Positions 1 to 10,939 of a DNA stretch of 64,000 nt are shown piece after piece. The stretch is from contig NC_088800.1 in NCBI RefSeq assembly GCF_011386835.1, forward strand, positions 682,001 through 746,000, given 5' to 3'. Both the position numbers and the translations under genes were made by a program. Source of the stretch: Chrysemys picta bellii (taxonomy: Eukaryota). The notes below the pieces were generated by a model that had not been told where the DNA came from, ran no database searches, and was given only the letters and a program-made list of their open reading frames with translations. Each line of letters starts with the position of its first letter. The stretch's first letter is position 1.

Positions 1-135
1 GGGAATGGGACCTTTCCCCTCTAGGGGGCACCGGCTCCCATCTGGCTCCAGGGCAGGGGACTGGCTGGCTCAGGGGGGCGGGGAATGGGACCTGGGGCCT
101 TTCCCCTCTAGGGGCGCCGGTTCCCATCCAGCCCC
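1..135. repeat. Partial tandem/satellite-like repeat (gggaatgggacct...ttcccctctaggggg)
   Basis: The unit appears twice, at about 1-45 and 81-130. Confidence 0.5.
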
Positions 136-241
136 AGGAGAGTAGTAACCGAAGGCGGCTGTTCTCCTGGCTGTGCTGGTGGGGCAGGCCCCACAGCACC
201 GGCCCCAGGGTGGTGCTGGGTACGTGTCCATTGGTTGGTAC

Positions 242-321
242 CTTGCAGGAATCGGTCATCAGGGATGAAGAAGGCTGCTGCACAAAGCCCGACCAGAATC
301 AGCAGCTTCAGGAACCAGAAC
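242..321 (-). CDS. SERINC4: SERINC4 coding exon (GFWFLKLLILVGLCAAAFFIPDDRFLQ)
   Basis: Acceptor ttgattgcag, donor gtacca; 80 bp; phase 2 in, phase 1 out; matches the previous exon. Confidence 0.88.
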
Positions 322-434
322 CTGCAATCAAGGTCAGAAGTCAGGGAGCCCCCGACCCAGCCCCACGTCCTTCCCGCTGGGGCCAGCTGCAGCTCCGTGC
401 GCAGAGGCAGGCCCGTGGCACGGGCGTCTCTTAC

Positions 435-613
435 CCGTTGTGCAGCAGGGCGCGGAAGTTGCTGCTGGATCTCACGTTGATCAGGAAGACGGCCTGCGCC
501 AGGTAGAAGCAGGCGGTTCCGAAGCAGACCCTGTAGACTGCCGAGTAGCCCACCAGGAGGTCACAGTCCATGCCCCCGGGGAGGTGCTCGCAGAGCAGGG
601 CGTAGAAAGGCAC
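435..613 (-). CDS. SERINC4: SERINC4 coding exon ([10 protein letters not shown]...RALLHNG)
   Basis: Acceptor ccctctgcag, donor gtaaga; 179 bp; contains the [14 protein letters not shown] motif. Confidence 0.92.
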
Positions 614-801
614 CTGCAGAGGGGGAATCACAGGGACGGATCAGCCGCCTGCCCGAGACAGCCTGGGGCAATGCAGGGCCACACCTGCCCCTCGGGGCTC
701 ACTTTGCCGGGCCCAGAGCCAGGGCGATACCCGGGGAGCGGGACAGAGCAGACCTACGCCAGGACGGGGGCCAGCAGCCAGGCTCCCCAGGCGCCACTCA
801 C

Positions 802-969
802 GTTCTCCTTGACGGCTTCGGAGACGGTGCGGGAGAGCATGAGGCAGCACACCGCAGAGGCCAGGACGTGGAAGAGGGTGTAGAGGATGCGGCTTCCTGT
901 GGACACCTTAATGCTGGGGCAGCAGGAGCAGCAGAAGCCACAGGGGGCTGGGCCGCAACAGCAGCAGAT
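802..969 (-). CDS. SERINC4: SERINC4 coding exon ([10 protein letters not shown]...AVKEN)
   Basis: Acceptor caccccccag, donor gtgagt; 168 bp, phase 0/0. Confidence 0.92.
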
Positions 970-1342
970 CTGGGGGGTGAAAGACAGCGGCGTCACTCCC
1001 GTGGGCCTGCGTCCCGGCTGCCCAGGGCGAGGTGTAGGCCACAGGGGCTCTGGGGGTCGCCGCGGTGCGGGGGGGGGGCAGCAGAACCACGGTGCGAGCC
1101 AAGAGGCCGCTGAGCTGCGCCGCGGGCCTGGGGATTGTTGGGCAGCCCTGTGCGGACACGGACTCACCGGCACCAACTGCCTTCAAGTGGGGAGCTGGGC
1201 CAAGCTGGTAGCAGGCCCCTGCCCCACAGGATGGCGGCCCCAGTGGGAGTGGGCTCCACAGCCCGACCGTCTCCGAGGGAGGCCATGGGGCTGCGCCAGG
1301 CGTCACCAGTGGCCTGGGAAGGGGGGCTGGGGCAAGGCTCAC

Positions 1343-1411
1343 CTGGTAGACGAGCGAGTTCACGAGGCAGCTGCAGAGGTGGCTGCGTCTCAGCATTGGG
1401 GTGAGGGACAT
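1343..1411 (-). CDS. SERINC4: SERINC4 probable first or second coding exon (MSLTPMLRRSHLCSCLVNSLVYQ); true start uncertain
   Basis: Strong donor CAG|gtgagc at 1342, in phase with the next exon. In-frame ATGs at 1411 and 1396. The frame stays open upstream to a candidate acceptor at 1511. Confidence 0.65.
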
Positions 1412-2739
1412 GGCTGGCTGCGCCCGGCCCCAGCTGCTCCTCCGGGGATGGCAAGGAGGCAGGCTCAGGGACGTCTCATGTTGGCACCAGCCCCAGTGGG
1501 AAGGGGCTGTCCTGGCCCAGAAGAGGCCCAAGGGGCTGCACTGAGGCTGCTGCGTCTTTCCTGGACGGGTCCCTGTTGAATGGCCAGTGCGAAGGGGGAG
1601 CCGAGCTGAGCTGCTCCTCAATGGGATTAGTGGGGGATTGGGAGGCTCTGGCCAGCCCTGGCCATCTGTTCCTGCCGGCGGGCTGGGGGCAGCGCTGCAG
1701 GGCAGGGCCAAGCCTGCACAGGCTCCTTGCCCCCAGCTGATGCCAGACAGAGAGACAGAGCTGCCCTGGGCCCATCCACCCCCTGCCCTGGACAGCTCCC
1801 CAACATGCCTCTCCAGCAGAACACAGCCCCTTTCCTCCCTCCCCAGCTGCCATTGACTGCCCCAGGCCTTCCAGGGGGTGGCTGTCCCGCTCTGGGAGGG
1901 ATTAGGGCTGCTAATTGACTTAGGGTTTCCAGACTCACCTCATGGGGGGTGGGCAGAGCCCAGGAGATGGGGCAGGCCCTGCCCACTACCTCCCCATGGA
2001 GAAGGCCAGGCAGCCGAGAACTACCTCCCTCAGTAGCTCAAGCCCTGGCCACAGGGGGCATGGACAGCAAACCCAGTTTCCCTCAGGACTCAGCTCCCCA
2101 GAGCCCCTGCTGTACCCCATGTCCTCACCTGGACGGACAGGGCATGCAGAATGGGCTGGAGGCCCACCAGGAGGCCCAGGCAGTGCGGCCTGGGGAGGGG
2201 AAGGGAGAGGTTACATCACCCAGCCCCTGCAATGCAGTTGGGCCAGGCAGAGGGCATGGGCACCCATTGGTTCCTCCCTGGAGCTTTGATGCGTTTGCTA
2301 GTCATCAGGCCTTATGCCCTGCCCTGATCCAGACTGTGCCCCACCCCAGGGGGCCACCCCCTTGGCTTCCTGGACCCCCGAGGGGAGCAGCACTGGGATG
2401 CAGGGAGCGCCTAGCCACACGGAAGAGCTCTCCCAGCTGCCAGAGCAGCAAACCAGGCTCCTGGGCTGCGGCTCTGCCGCTAGTTGGTCTTTGCTGAAGC
2501 GCCTCTGACGGGCCTGTGGCGAGCAGGATCCGCCCTCCAGACGGCTGGGGCAGCGTATGCATGCCTGGGACTCACTGAAACCCGGTGGGATGTCTGCAGG
2601 ACTGGAACATTCAAGTCACTGGTTCTGACCTGCTCAGGGAGGCAAGAGTGGGTAACGGGGCGGGGGGGGGGGGCACTCTGCCTCAAACACCATTTGCTGT
2701 TCAGATTTACTGACAACTCCGACCACGGCATCTCAAATG

Positions 2740-4670
2740 CATATGGATCAATGTGCTCACTAATAAAGCCCAGCTGGGGAGACTGGTGGGCATCTGTTAC
2801 AGACCATTGGATCAAACCAGAGACCAGGCTGCTCCTTAAGCACCCGTCTGTAATGTGGGGAAATAAATGCTCTCTTATGGCAGGGAGACATGCCAGAGGT
2901 CTCAGGCAGCCACTAGTAAAACATCATTGGAGTTTTTATAATGATGGAGGATGACTTTCTAACACAAACCGTATTGCAGCCAATGCGGATCAACCCTAGT
3001 TTGGACCTCTTGGATACAGATTAATTGATTACTGGACTGGAAGTTGGTGGTTGCCTAGGGACCCGTGATCATAATTTGAGTACATTCAATATATAACACC
3101 AGTTGGGGCTGTGCTCCGTTTGGCCATATTGAATGTACTCAAATATATATACACACTTGGTGCTTTAAAGGGGCTAATTTCCCCAAGCCGAAGAACATTA
3201 TAAGTGAAATTAATTGAGAGGCAAAATTTAGACTGAAAAATGTGAATGAACATAGAGAGCTCTTTAAAAGAGAGGTTTCAGAGTAGCAGTCGTGTTAGTC
3301 TGTATCCGCAAAAAGAACAGGAGTACTTCTGGCACCTTAGAGACTAACAAATTTAGTTAAAAGAGAGTTTATTACATGGCCGAAAAGACAATAGAGAAAG
3401 AGGACAACGTTGGTTAAAAACCCATCCTGGTTCAGAGGGGAAGTGAAGGCAGCAATTAGAAACAAAGCAAAATGTAACAAATGGAAAAATGGGAAGTAAA
3501 TAGCAATCAATATAAACTAAAATAAATTAAGTGTAGAAAATTCGTAAAAGGAAGATGAAGACATCATGGGAAAAAAATCCATGTCTGGCAGGCTAAAGAC
3601 AACTAGGTTTTTTTAACTATATCAGAAGAAGTAAAATCCAAATAATGGCATAGGCCCATGACTAGACCGAGATGGTAAAATTTGTTAATGATACTGCAAA
3701 GGCAGAAGTGTTCAATACATATTTCTGTTCTGTATTTGGAAAGAAGCGGAATGACATATTCATATCATGTGAGGATGATTAAGTATTTTCTAGTCCATTT
3801 GTAAGTAAATGAGGATGTCAAATAACTTAAAATATTTATACCTGGTAGAAGTTATCAGGCCAAGAGAACTTACACCCAAGAGTCCTAAAAGAGGTGGTTG
3901 AGGAGATCTCTGGCCTGCTGATGTTAATGTTTAATAAATCTTGGAATACTGGGGAAATTCCAGAAGATTGGAAGAGTGCTAATGTCATGTGGTGACAATA
4001 TTCAAAAGGGGCAAATGGGATAACCTGGATAACTAACGGCCAGTTAGCTTGACATCAATCCTAGGGAAAACAATGGAAATGCGGATATGGGATTCAAAGT
4101 ATAGAAATATAATTAATGTCAGTCGACATGGTTTTATGGAAAACTGGTCATGTCCAACAAACCTGATTTCTTTCTTTGATAAGATTACATTTTGTTGATA
4201 AAGGTAACTATGGTGATGTCATGTACTTAGACTTTAGTAAGGCATTTCATACTGCATGGTATTCTGATTAAATCACTCGCTCTATACAATAGTAATCAAT
4301 CACGTGTTAAGTGGATTAAGAACTGGCTAACTGCCAGATCTCAAAACGGACTCGTCGCTCAACAGGGAGTTTTTATGGAGACTCCACAGGAGTCAGTTCT
4401 AGGCCTAATGCTGCTCCACATTTTGATCAGTGACCTGGACGTAAATATAAAATCCCTGCTGATCACATCTGCGGATGAACAAGAATTGGTGGAGTGGTAA
4501 CTAACAGGGAGGATAGAGCCGTCCTACAGAGCCACCCAGATCACTTGGTTATCTGGGCCCATTCAAACTAAGTACATCTTAATCCAGCCAAATACAAGAG
4601 AACGTGTCCAGGAAGGACTTCCAGCTGTGCCTGCAGAATGAGGAGCTGTCTCCTGGGAAGATGGGTCTCC
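2740..4670 (+). mobile_element. Degenerate CR1 LINE, ORF2 region (endonuclease to RT)
   Basis: AT-rich block with CR1 ORF2-like segments (gaggagatctctggc, gattggaagagtgctaatgtc, tacttagactttagtaaggcattt, ccacaggagtcagttctaggcc); many stops; homologous to the inverted copy near 31.1-31.8 kb. Confidence 0.8.
3275..3356 (-). mobile_element. 5'-truncated Penelope-like element 3' end, nested in CR1
   Basis: Same terminal block (gttagtct..aaggtgcca...gatacagactaacacg..gctac) as the copies at 30.1 and 32.6 kb; 11-bp TSD ttaaaagagag at 3264-3274 and 3357-3367. Confidence 0.75.
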
Positions 4671-4714
4671 AAGGAGGATTGTGGGGTGACGGAGGATGGT
4701 CCAGCGGTTCAGGT

Positions 4715-4810
4715 GCTAGCCTCAGACTAGGAAGACCCAGGTTCAGTTCCAGGCTCTGCCACAGATTCCCAGTGTGACCCTGGGACAGTCACTTGGCATC
4801 TGTGCAGGGG
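4715..4810 (+). mobile_element. Ancient MIR/CORE-SINE-like fragment
   Basis: ggaagacccaggttcagttccaggctctgccacaga...gtgtgaccctgggacagtcactt resembles the MIR core. Confidence 0.5.
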
Positions 4811-4979
4811 GCTGACAGCCCGGCCCAGCTCCTCAGCCAAACTCAAACTAGCCGTGTCCATGCTGGGCCGGAGTGAAACGGTGAAGTAAGCCACAGCCTT
4901 GCCCTCCACGCTGCCGGGGCTCTTACCATTGCTCTGTACTGCAGTGCCCAGGGCCTCAGGGTGTCAGGCACTGTACAGA

Positions 4980-5340
4980 CAAGAGACAGCCCTGCCCCAC
5001 AGAGCTACAACCGGAGCACAAGCCAAGAGACAGCCCTGCCCCACAGAGCTACAACCGGCGCACAGGCCAAGAGACAGCCTGCCCCACAGAGCTACAACCG
5101 GCGCATAGGCCAAGAGACAGCCCTGCCCCATAGAGCTACAACCGGAGCACAGGCCAAGAGACAGCCCTGACCCACAGAGCTACAACCGGAGCACAGGCCA
5201 AGAGACAGCCCTGCCCCACAGAGCTACAACCGGAGCACAAGCCAAGAGACAGCCCTGCCCCACAGAGCTACAACCGGAGCACAGGCCAAGAGACAGCCCT
5301 GCCCCACAGAGCTACAACCGGAGCACAAGACAAGAGACAA
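4980..5340. repeat. 44-bp minisatellite, 8 full units plus a partial
   Basis: Unit caagagacagccctgccccacagagctacaaccggagcaca(a/g)gc starts at 4980, 5024, 5068, 5111, 5155, 5199, 5243, 5287 and 5331. Confidence 0.95.
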
Positions 5341-8300
5341 CCGGTGCACACAGAGGGACGGACAGGGGCACAAAGTGACACAAGCAGCATCTGAAACAGG
5401 GCCATCAAGGGCACCACCACGAAGTATCCCTGCACTGGTGGAGTCGGGGGCTGCTACCCCAGAGCCGTGGACGTCTAACGGTTCTGTCCAGCAGGTAGCT
5501 GGCTGGAAGCAGGAACTGAACAGAAGAGACTGCCGGTTGGTGCTCTCCAGTGCCCGAAGGAGGGGGCCCAGCTAGAGGAGAGAGGGCAGGAGGGCCCATG
5601 CTCTCAGGAGCACTGTGGTGAGTCACTTACTGTTTTGCAGAGCTCGGCCATTCCCCGTCTCACGGTACGGTGTGTGCGTATGTGAGAAGTTCCTGTGCAA
5701 AGCCTGCATTCCTGACTGACCTGCCAGGGGTCCCCCAAGGGTGAACCTAGGGGCCAGGCACCCGCAGTGGGAAGGCTCCGCACTGGTCATGGTCACTGCA
5801 GAGGCTCACATCCCAGGGAAGGGTTTCAGACAGGGAGTCTGCACGTGAGCAGAGCCAGAGACGGGGCCTGAACGCTGCCCAGACCTAGCCGGCTTGGGAG
5901 CGCGTGGGAGCCAATTGCAGCAGGCTACTGATCATGCACGAGAGGGACTGACAGGAAGATCAGTCTCTAGGGCGGGCGGCGGAGTTGGGGAGCACTAAAC
6001 TCCCGCACCTCTTGCTGCATGCAGCGCTCCCCCTTTGTGCCGAACGTGGCCCCCTTCCCAGCAGATCGCACGGGGCGTGTCCACGTGGTAGCTGGCCTGG
6101 ATGGCTCCGAGCAGAAAGGCTGGGTGGGTGGTGGAGCAGGACAGGTGGGGAGTGGGTGTCGGGCAGGACGCCCGGGGGAAGGGACATGTGCCCGCACTCA
6201 GCAGCAATGGTCATCCCCAGCAGCACATCCTGGCTGCCTGTGACACCCACATCCTCCTACACACACTGTGCATCCAGGGAGTCCTGGAGCTCGCTGCCCA
6301 CTCCAAAGCCCCCAGGCACAGGGCACGCCTGGGGGACACACACTGGTCCCATCTGCGATTGGTTCTCAGCCCTGCTTGCTAGCCACAGGCATGGGGCTCA
6401 GGCTCCTAAGGGCCAACAGGAAAGGAGATCAGGTAGGTCCCTGATGTGCTGGGGCTCTGGGTCTGAAACAGCTCTGGGGTGCCGGCAGCCAGCATCACCA
6501 CACGAGGCATCAGCTGGCACCGGGGCAGGCAGAGCACCCAGCGCCTCAGGGCAGAGAGAGCGAATCGTGTGCTCCCGTGGCAGCATATGGGGAGGAGAGG
6601 GGGCACAAACTGGGGCGGGGGCAGGGAAGCAGGCACACACCACGGGGGAGTAGGGGGAGAGGAGGGGCACACACCATGGGGAGGGCTGGGGCGTGAGTGA
6701 TGGACGGAAGAATACAGCACGGCTCACAGTCAGTGCCAATGGCCAACTCCACATGGAGGTGGAAGCAAGAATTGGGAAGGGAAATGGAGCTTTTTTGAGT
6801 TTGGCAAATATTTCGTAAAAAGGAGAACCCAAGAACCAAGATAAAATGACACACGGTCACTGTGAGCCCCGCAGAGACCCACACTGTCCTTGCGAGACCC
6901 GCACCAGTACATGCATCTGAAACCTGGCGAATGCTAGAAGGCCCCTCAGGAACCGTATCCCGTCCCACCCGAGAAGCTTGCAGAGAATACGCAGCACCTG
7001 CAGTGAGATAAAGCAACTAACGCTGCTGCGTTGCAAAGTACTGGGCTGCAGACTGGAGAAAGGGGGCTGAAGTGGTTTAGGCATGTGGTACCATATTCCT
7101 AGACAAGCCCTTGATGGATCCCACTTGGTGGAAGATGGACCAGACGAGAACAGCTGAGACATAAACCATTGAGAAAGATGCTGCTGTGACGGAAGCAGAC
7201 GGCAATGGAGCAAGACGCGCGGCATTAGAGAGGTGGAAACGCTTGTGTCCCAAGGCTCGAGAGCATCTGGTGTAACCTGAAGGGGGGGGGGGGGGGCGCG
7301 TCTCCCCGTCATGGGCAGCCTCGTCCAGGCTAGTGTCCAGCAGGCAGCACGACCCTCCCCACCTGGTTCCTGAGAGAGCATCCCCACAGCAAACACTGCT
7401 CCCACGTGCCTGTCCCTCGCTCGCCGCCCCAGAGCGGCCTGCACTTTCACCTCAGACTGCCCAGCCGCACCTCCGAGCACAGCCACGCCATCTTGGGAGC
7501 AGAGCAGGGTTGGAATGGGACAAACCCAGGTGTTGCAGAGAGCACACAGGTGATCTGCCTTGGGAGCCAGCACTGAGCCGTGCCCCAGCATGGGGTGGGA
7601 GGGTGCTGAGTTTTGAATAAGCCAGGATGGTTTGCCCCTGCCCGGTGGTACCTATCACATGGCATCCAGGCCAGCACCCCATTTGGTTAGGCAGTGTTGC
7701 TGCATGGCTGTTAAAACAGTTGCCACATCATACCCCAGAAGTGGCTGCAGTTCATTGAGGGCAGTGATCCCTGGGGTGGTTCAGAGACAAGCCCTGTAAA
7801 TACCAGCAGGGTGTTCCTTGTGGCTCCTGGAAGGGGGCCACACTCCGGCTTACCTGGGCCTTACAGCAGCTAGCCACCATCCCCTCTGCAGGCCTGAAGC
7901 CACCAGCTCCCCAGTGGAGATGCCGGATGTGCTGCTCCAGCCTCCTGGTCATCAGTCCTGGAGTGTCTGGGCCTGACTAGCCTGCTAACAGCACATCCCT
8001 GTAGAACAGGTGGAGACTGGCAAATACCCCCACCAACTCCCTGCTTCTGGAAAACTATCCACAGTGGAAGCCAATTAGGCAGCAACCTGTTATTGGCTGA
8101 GGCTTGGTAGACCCGCCCCCAAGCATGATCTCTGGATGACTCTTGTCTTTCCATCAAGAGTGATTAAGTTGGGAACCAAATCAATCTTTTTAACCCTCTT
8201 ACCCAGCAGAAATAGAGAGATTAGCAATCCCTGGAAAGGAGTCTGCTCCCGCCAGCACAGACAGCCCCAGCTGCTGGGCACACGCCAGGCAGAGAGCGCA

Positions 8301-8719
8301 GGAGGTACTTTGTCACCTACAGAAAGTACAAAGAGAGCAAAGGAACACGCGAGATGCCCAATGCAGGCAGCAAGAGCAGAGCCTCTTTTGGCCTCCCCCT
8401 GTGCAGTGCCTGGCTGAGCCTTGTGGAACAGGGACCCTGACACTGCCCATCTGAGAGCTGCCGATGAAGGTCCCACATCAGCAGTGGAGAAATAGTCACT
8501 AAGTCAGCTCCTTGGGTCAAGGACCAACAGCCCTGAGCCCAGGGACAGCAGCCGCCATTTCAACCAGTTACAACAATCGTCTTAACATTGCCAGCTCTCC
8601 CCTCCCTGTGCCCCTCCAGCCTGGGGAACGGACAGCACCAGGCACACAAAGCCACAGTGATCAGTGCAAAGTAAAGTACCTGGAGGGAAAACTTACACCT
8701 GACCGGGTTCTAAATTACC

Positions 8720-9390
8720 GGTATCAATGCAAGACAGGGACCTGGGGTCTGAGCACCCTGCTCAGCGTGTAGCTGCCGTCAGAAGAGCAAAGATGTTTGG
8801 GTGTGGAAGGAACGGGATGAAAAATAACACAGAGAATATTCTAATGCTTTTATATCTCTCTGGAGCAGCCTCACTTGGCTCCTGTGCACAGCCCAGGTCA
8901 CCTCATCGCCGGAAGGGTCTAGCAGAACTCGAGGGACTCAAAGAAGGGTGCTGAGAACATTCGGGGCCTGGAGAAATTGCCCCATGAATGCAGATTGAAG
9001 AGACTGGACTGATACGCTAGAGAGGAGACCAATAAGAGGGTCCGTGATCAAAGTTTATAGCAGAGAGATTGGGAGCCTCTGTTCTCCCGTCTCGTAACGG
9101 GACGCCCCAGTGACACTGAAAGGTGGGCAATTTAAAATCCACTTATTGCACCTAACCTGTAATTCGACTGAGGAACTCAAGGCCACAGGAAGTCATTGTG
9201 GTGAAGAATTTAGCAAGCGTAAAAGAGGGGTTGGGCATTTCTATGGAGAACGAGAATATTCAGTTTCCCTAGTTAATGCAACCAAAGGGAGTATTGGGCG
9301 GTAAACATCTTGCTCCAAGGCTTAAGCCAGTCTCTACCTATCAAGGATCAGACTGGACCTATGCGGGGGACCGATATTGCAAACCCATGG
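8720..9390 (+). mobile_element. Degenerate CR1 LINE 3' portion
   Basis: Decayed CR1 C-terminal ORF2 and 3' UTR-like sequence (cagaagagcaaagatgtttggg, ggggcctggagaaattgccccatg, gtgggcaatttaaaatcc). Confidence 0.6.
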
Positions 9391-9400
9391 AACCACGGTA

Positions 9401-10799
9401 TGAAATTGATGGCGGTTTATGTAGGGTTGTGTTCTACTGCATGGGGGAGGGGTAGCATAGCTCCTCCAGGAAATAACCCTCAGGGCTGATTACATCTGAT
9501 CCTGGCAGCTCCCCCCCCGGGCTGGTTTGCATACACTGGGGCAAGCTGGCTTTGCCAGAGAGTAGGAGACAAAGGGCTAGTAAACCAGGGACCAGACCTT
9601 GGCAAGGCTGTAGGCATCCACTGAGCACTGAGCACTGACAAATTCAGAGCTGGAAACCAGAGCAGCTCATATATAAGATGGGTGTTGAATTTGTAAGAAT
9701 GTGTTTAGTGTTTAGACTCTACCAACTGCTTATAAGTTGCTGCCTGCATTAATCTTACTTGTAATGTCTGTATCCTGTGCTACAAGGTAACATAAGGTTT
9801 GCTTCATATAACTGTAAAAAGTGTCTGCTCTGAACGTGTGAGTCCAGGCAGGAAAAGTGGTTCCTCTGCCCACCCAGAACTATCAAGACTAAACGGGCCA
9901 TTCTGGAACATCACAACACAAAGGCTGGCTTAATGACCCTCTTACAGCCACCAAGGTGCCATGCATAGGTGCCAACTCCGGGGGTGCTCTGGGGCTGGAG
10001 CACCCACAGGGAAAAATTAGTGGGTGCTCTGCACCCATTGGCAGCCAAACGCCCCGCCCCAGCTCACCTCACCTTCGCCTCCTCCCCTGAGCACACCGCA
10101 TTCCCGCTTCTCCTCCCGGCGCTTGCGGCTGTGAAACAGCTGTTTCGCGGCCTAACAAGCTGTGGGAGGGAGGGGGGAGGAGTGGGAACGCGGCACGCTC
10201 AGGAGAGGAGGTGGGCAAGAGGCAAGGTTGGGGTGAGGATTTGGGGAAGGGGTCCAATGGGGCAGGGAGGGGGTGGAGTTGGGCCCAGGACTTTGGGGAA
10301 GGGGTTGGAATGGGTGTGGGGCAGGGGTGGAGTAGGGGCGGGGCCGGCGCCAGAAGTTGATGCCATTGGTGCCATGCGCGAGAGATCACGTCCCACCAGC
10401 TTGAATCTGAAGAGGGAAATAAATATAGCGGACATGAATATTTTTCATCTCTTTGCTGTTTGAACGCTTACAAGGGCTGGAGCTAAGAAACAAAAAGCAG
10501 AGATTCCCAGCCCAAAAAGACATTCAGTGCTGACAGACTGCTCCATCTCTGTTACCTCTAGAAACTATAGACTGAACTCATTTGGGTAAATATGTTGCCT
10601 GCTTTAACCTGTAAATAAACCTTTATTTCTTTTTCATAGTTAATAAATCCTTAATTAGTTTGTTATAGGAGAGGCTACCAGCGTTGCCTTTGGTTTGAGA
10701 TCTAAGGTACAAATTGACCCGGAATAAGTGACTGGTCTCTTCGGAGTGGGAACCACCTGAACATTTTGTGGTTTTTGGTGTCAATGACCATTTATAACA
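9401..10799 (+). mobile_element. Probable solo LTR, interrupted by a hAT MITE
   Basis: Starts tgaa.., ends ..ataaca; AATAAA motifs at about 10615 and 10640; composition resembles reptile LTRs; TSD not confirmed. Confidence 0.5.
9964..10368. mobile_element. Non-autonomous hAT DNA transposon (MITE)
   Basis: 8-bp TSD gtgccatg at 9956-9963 and 10369-10376; imperfect TIRs cataggtgccaact / agttgatgccattg. Confidence 0.8.
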
Positions 10800-10939
10800 T
10801 TTATAACCCAGGGGCTCCCCGGGGTGGCAAGACAGGCCGGCGTGCCCACGGGGACTGTCTGGGACTCTGGTAAGACGGTTACAGTGATGCAGGAGTTCAC
10901 ACACCACCAGGTCTGCCCTGAGGTTGGCACGCCCGAGAG

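Larger units (their letters stand above)
242..1411 (-). other. SERINC4: Serine incorporator 4 gene, 5' part (continues beyond the left edge); coding exons 1343-1411 (or to 1511), 802-969, 435-613, 242-321
   Basis: Spliced translation ...[53 protein letters not shown]...[22 protein letters not shown]...LHNG/FWFLKLLILVGLCAAAFFIPD is a SERINC-family N-terminus with the SERINC4-type CCCGPAPC motif. Position next to HYPK-MFAP1 matches SERINC4. Confidence 0.9.

Noticed and set aside
4980-5340. CRISPR-like appearance of the tandem arrays (also 33740-34456)
   Set aside because: The units are contiguous with no unique spacers, there are no cas genes, and the context is eukaryotic.
6998-7021. GT-AG mini-intron between candidate minus-strand exons
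   Set aside because: At 24 nt it is too short for a vertebrate spliceosomal intron; the two sites can only be alternatives.
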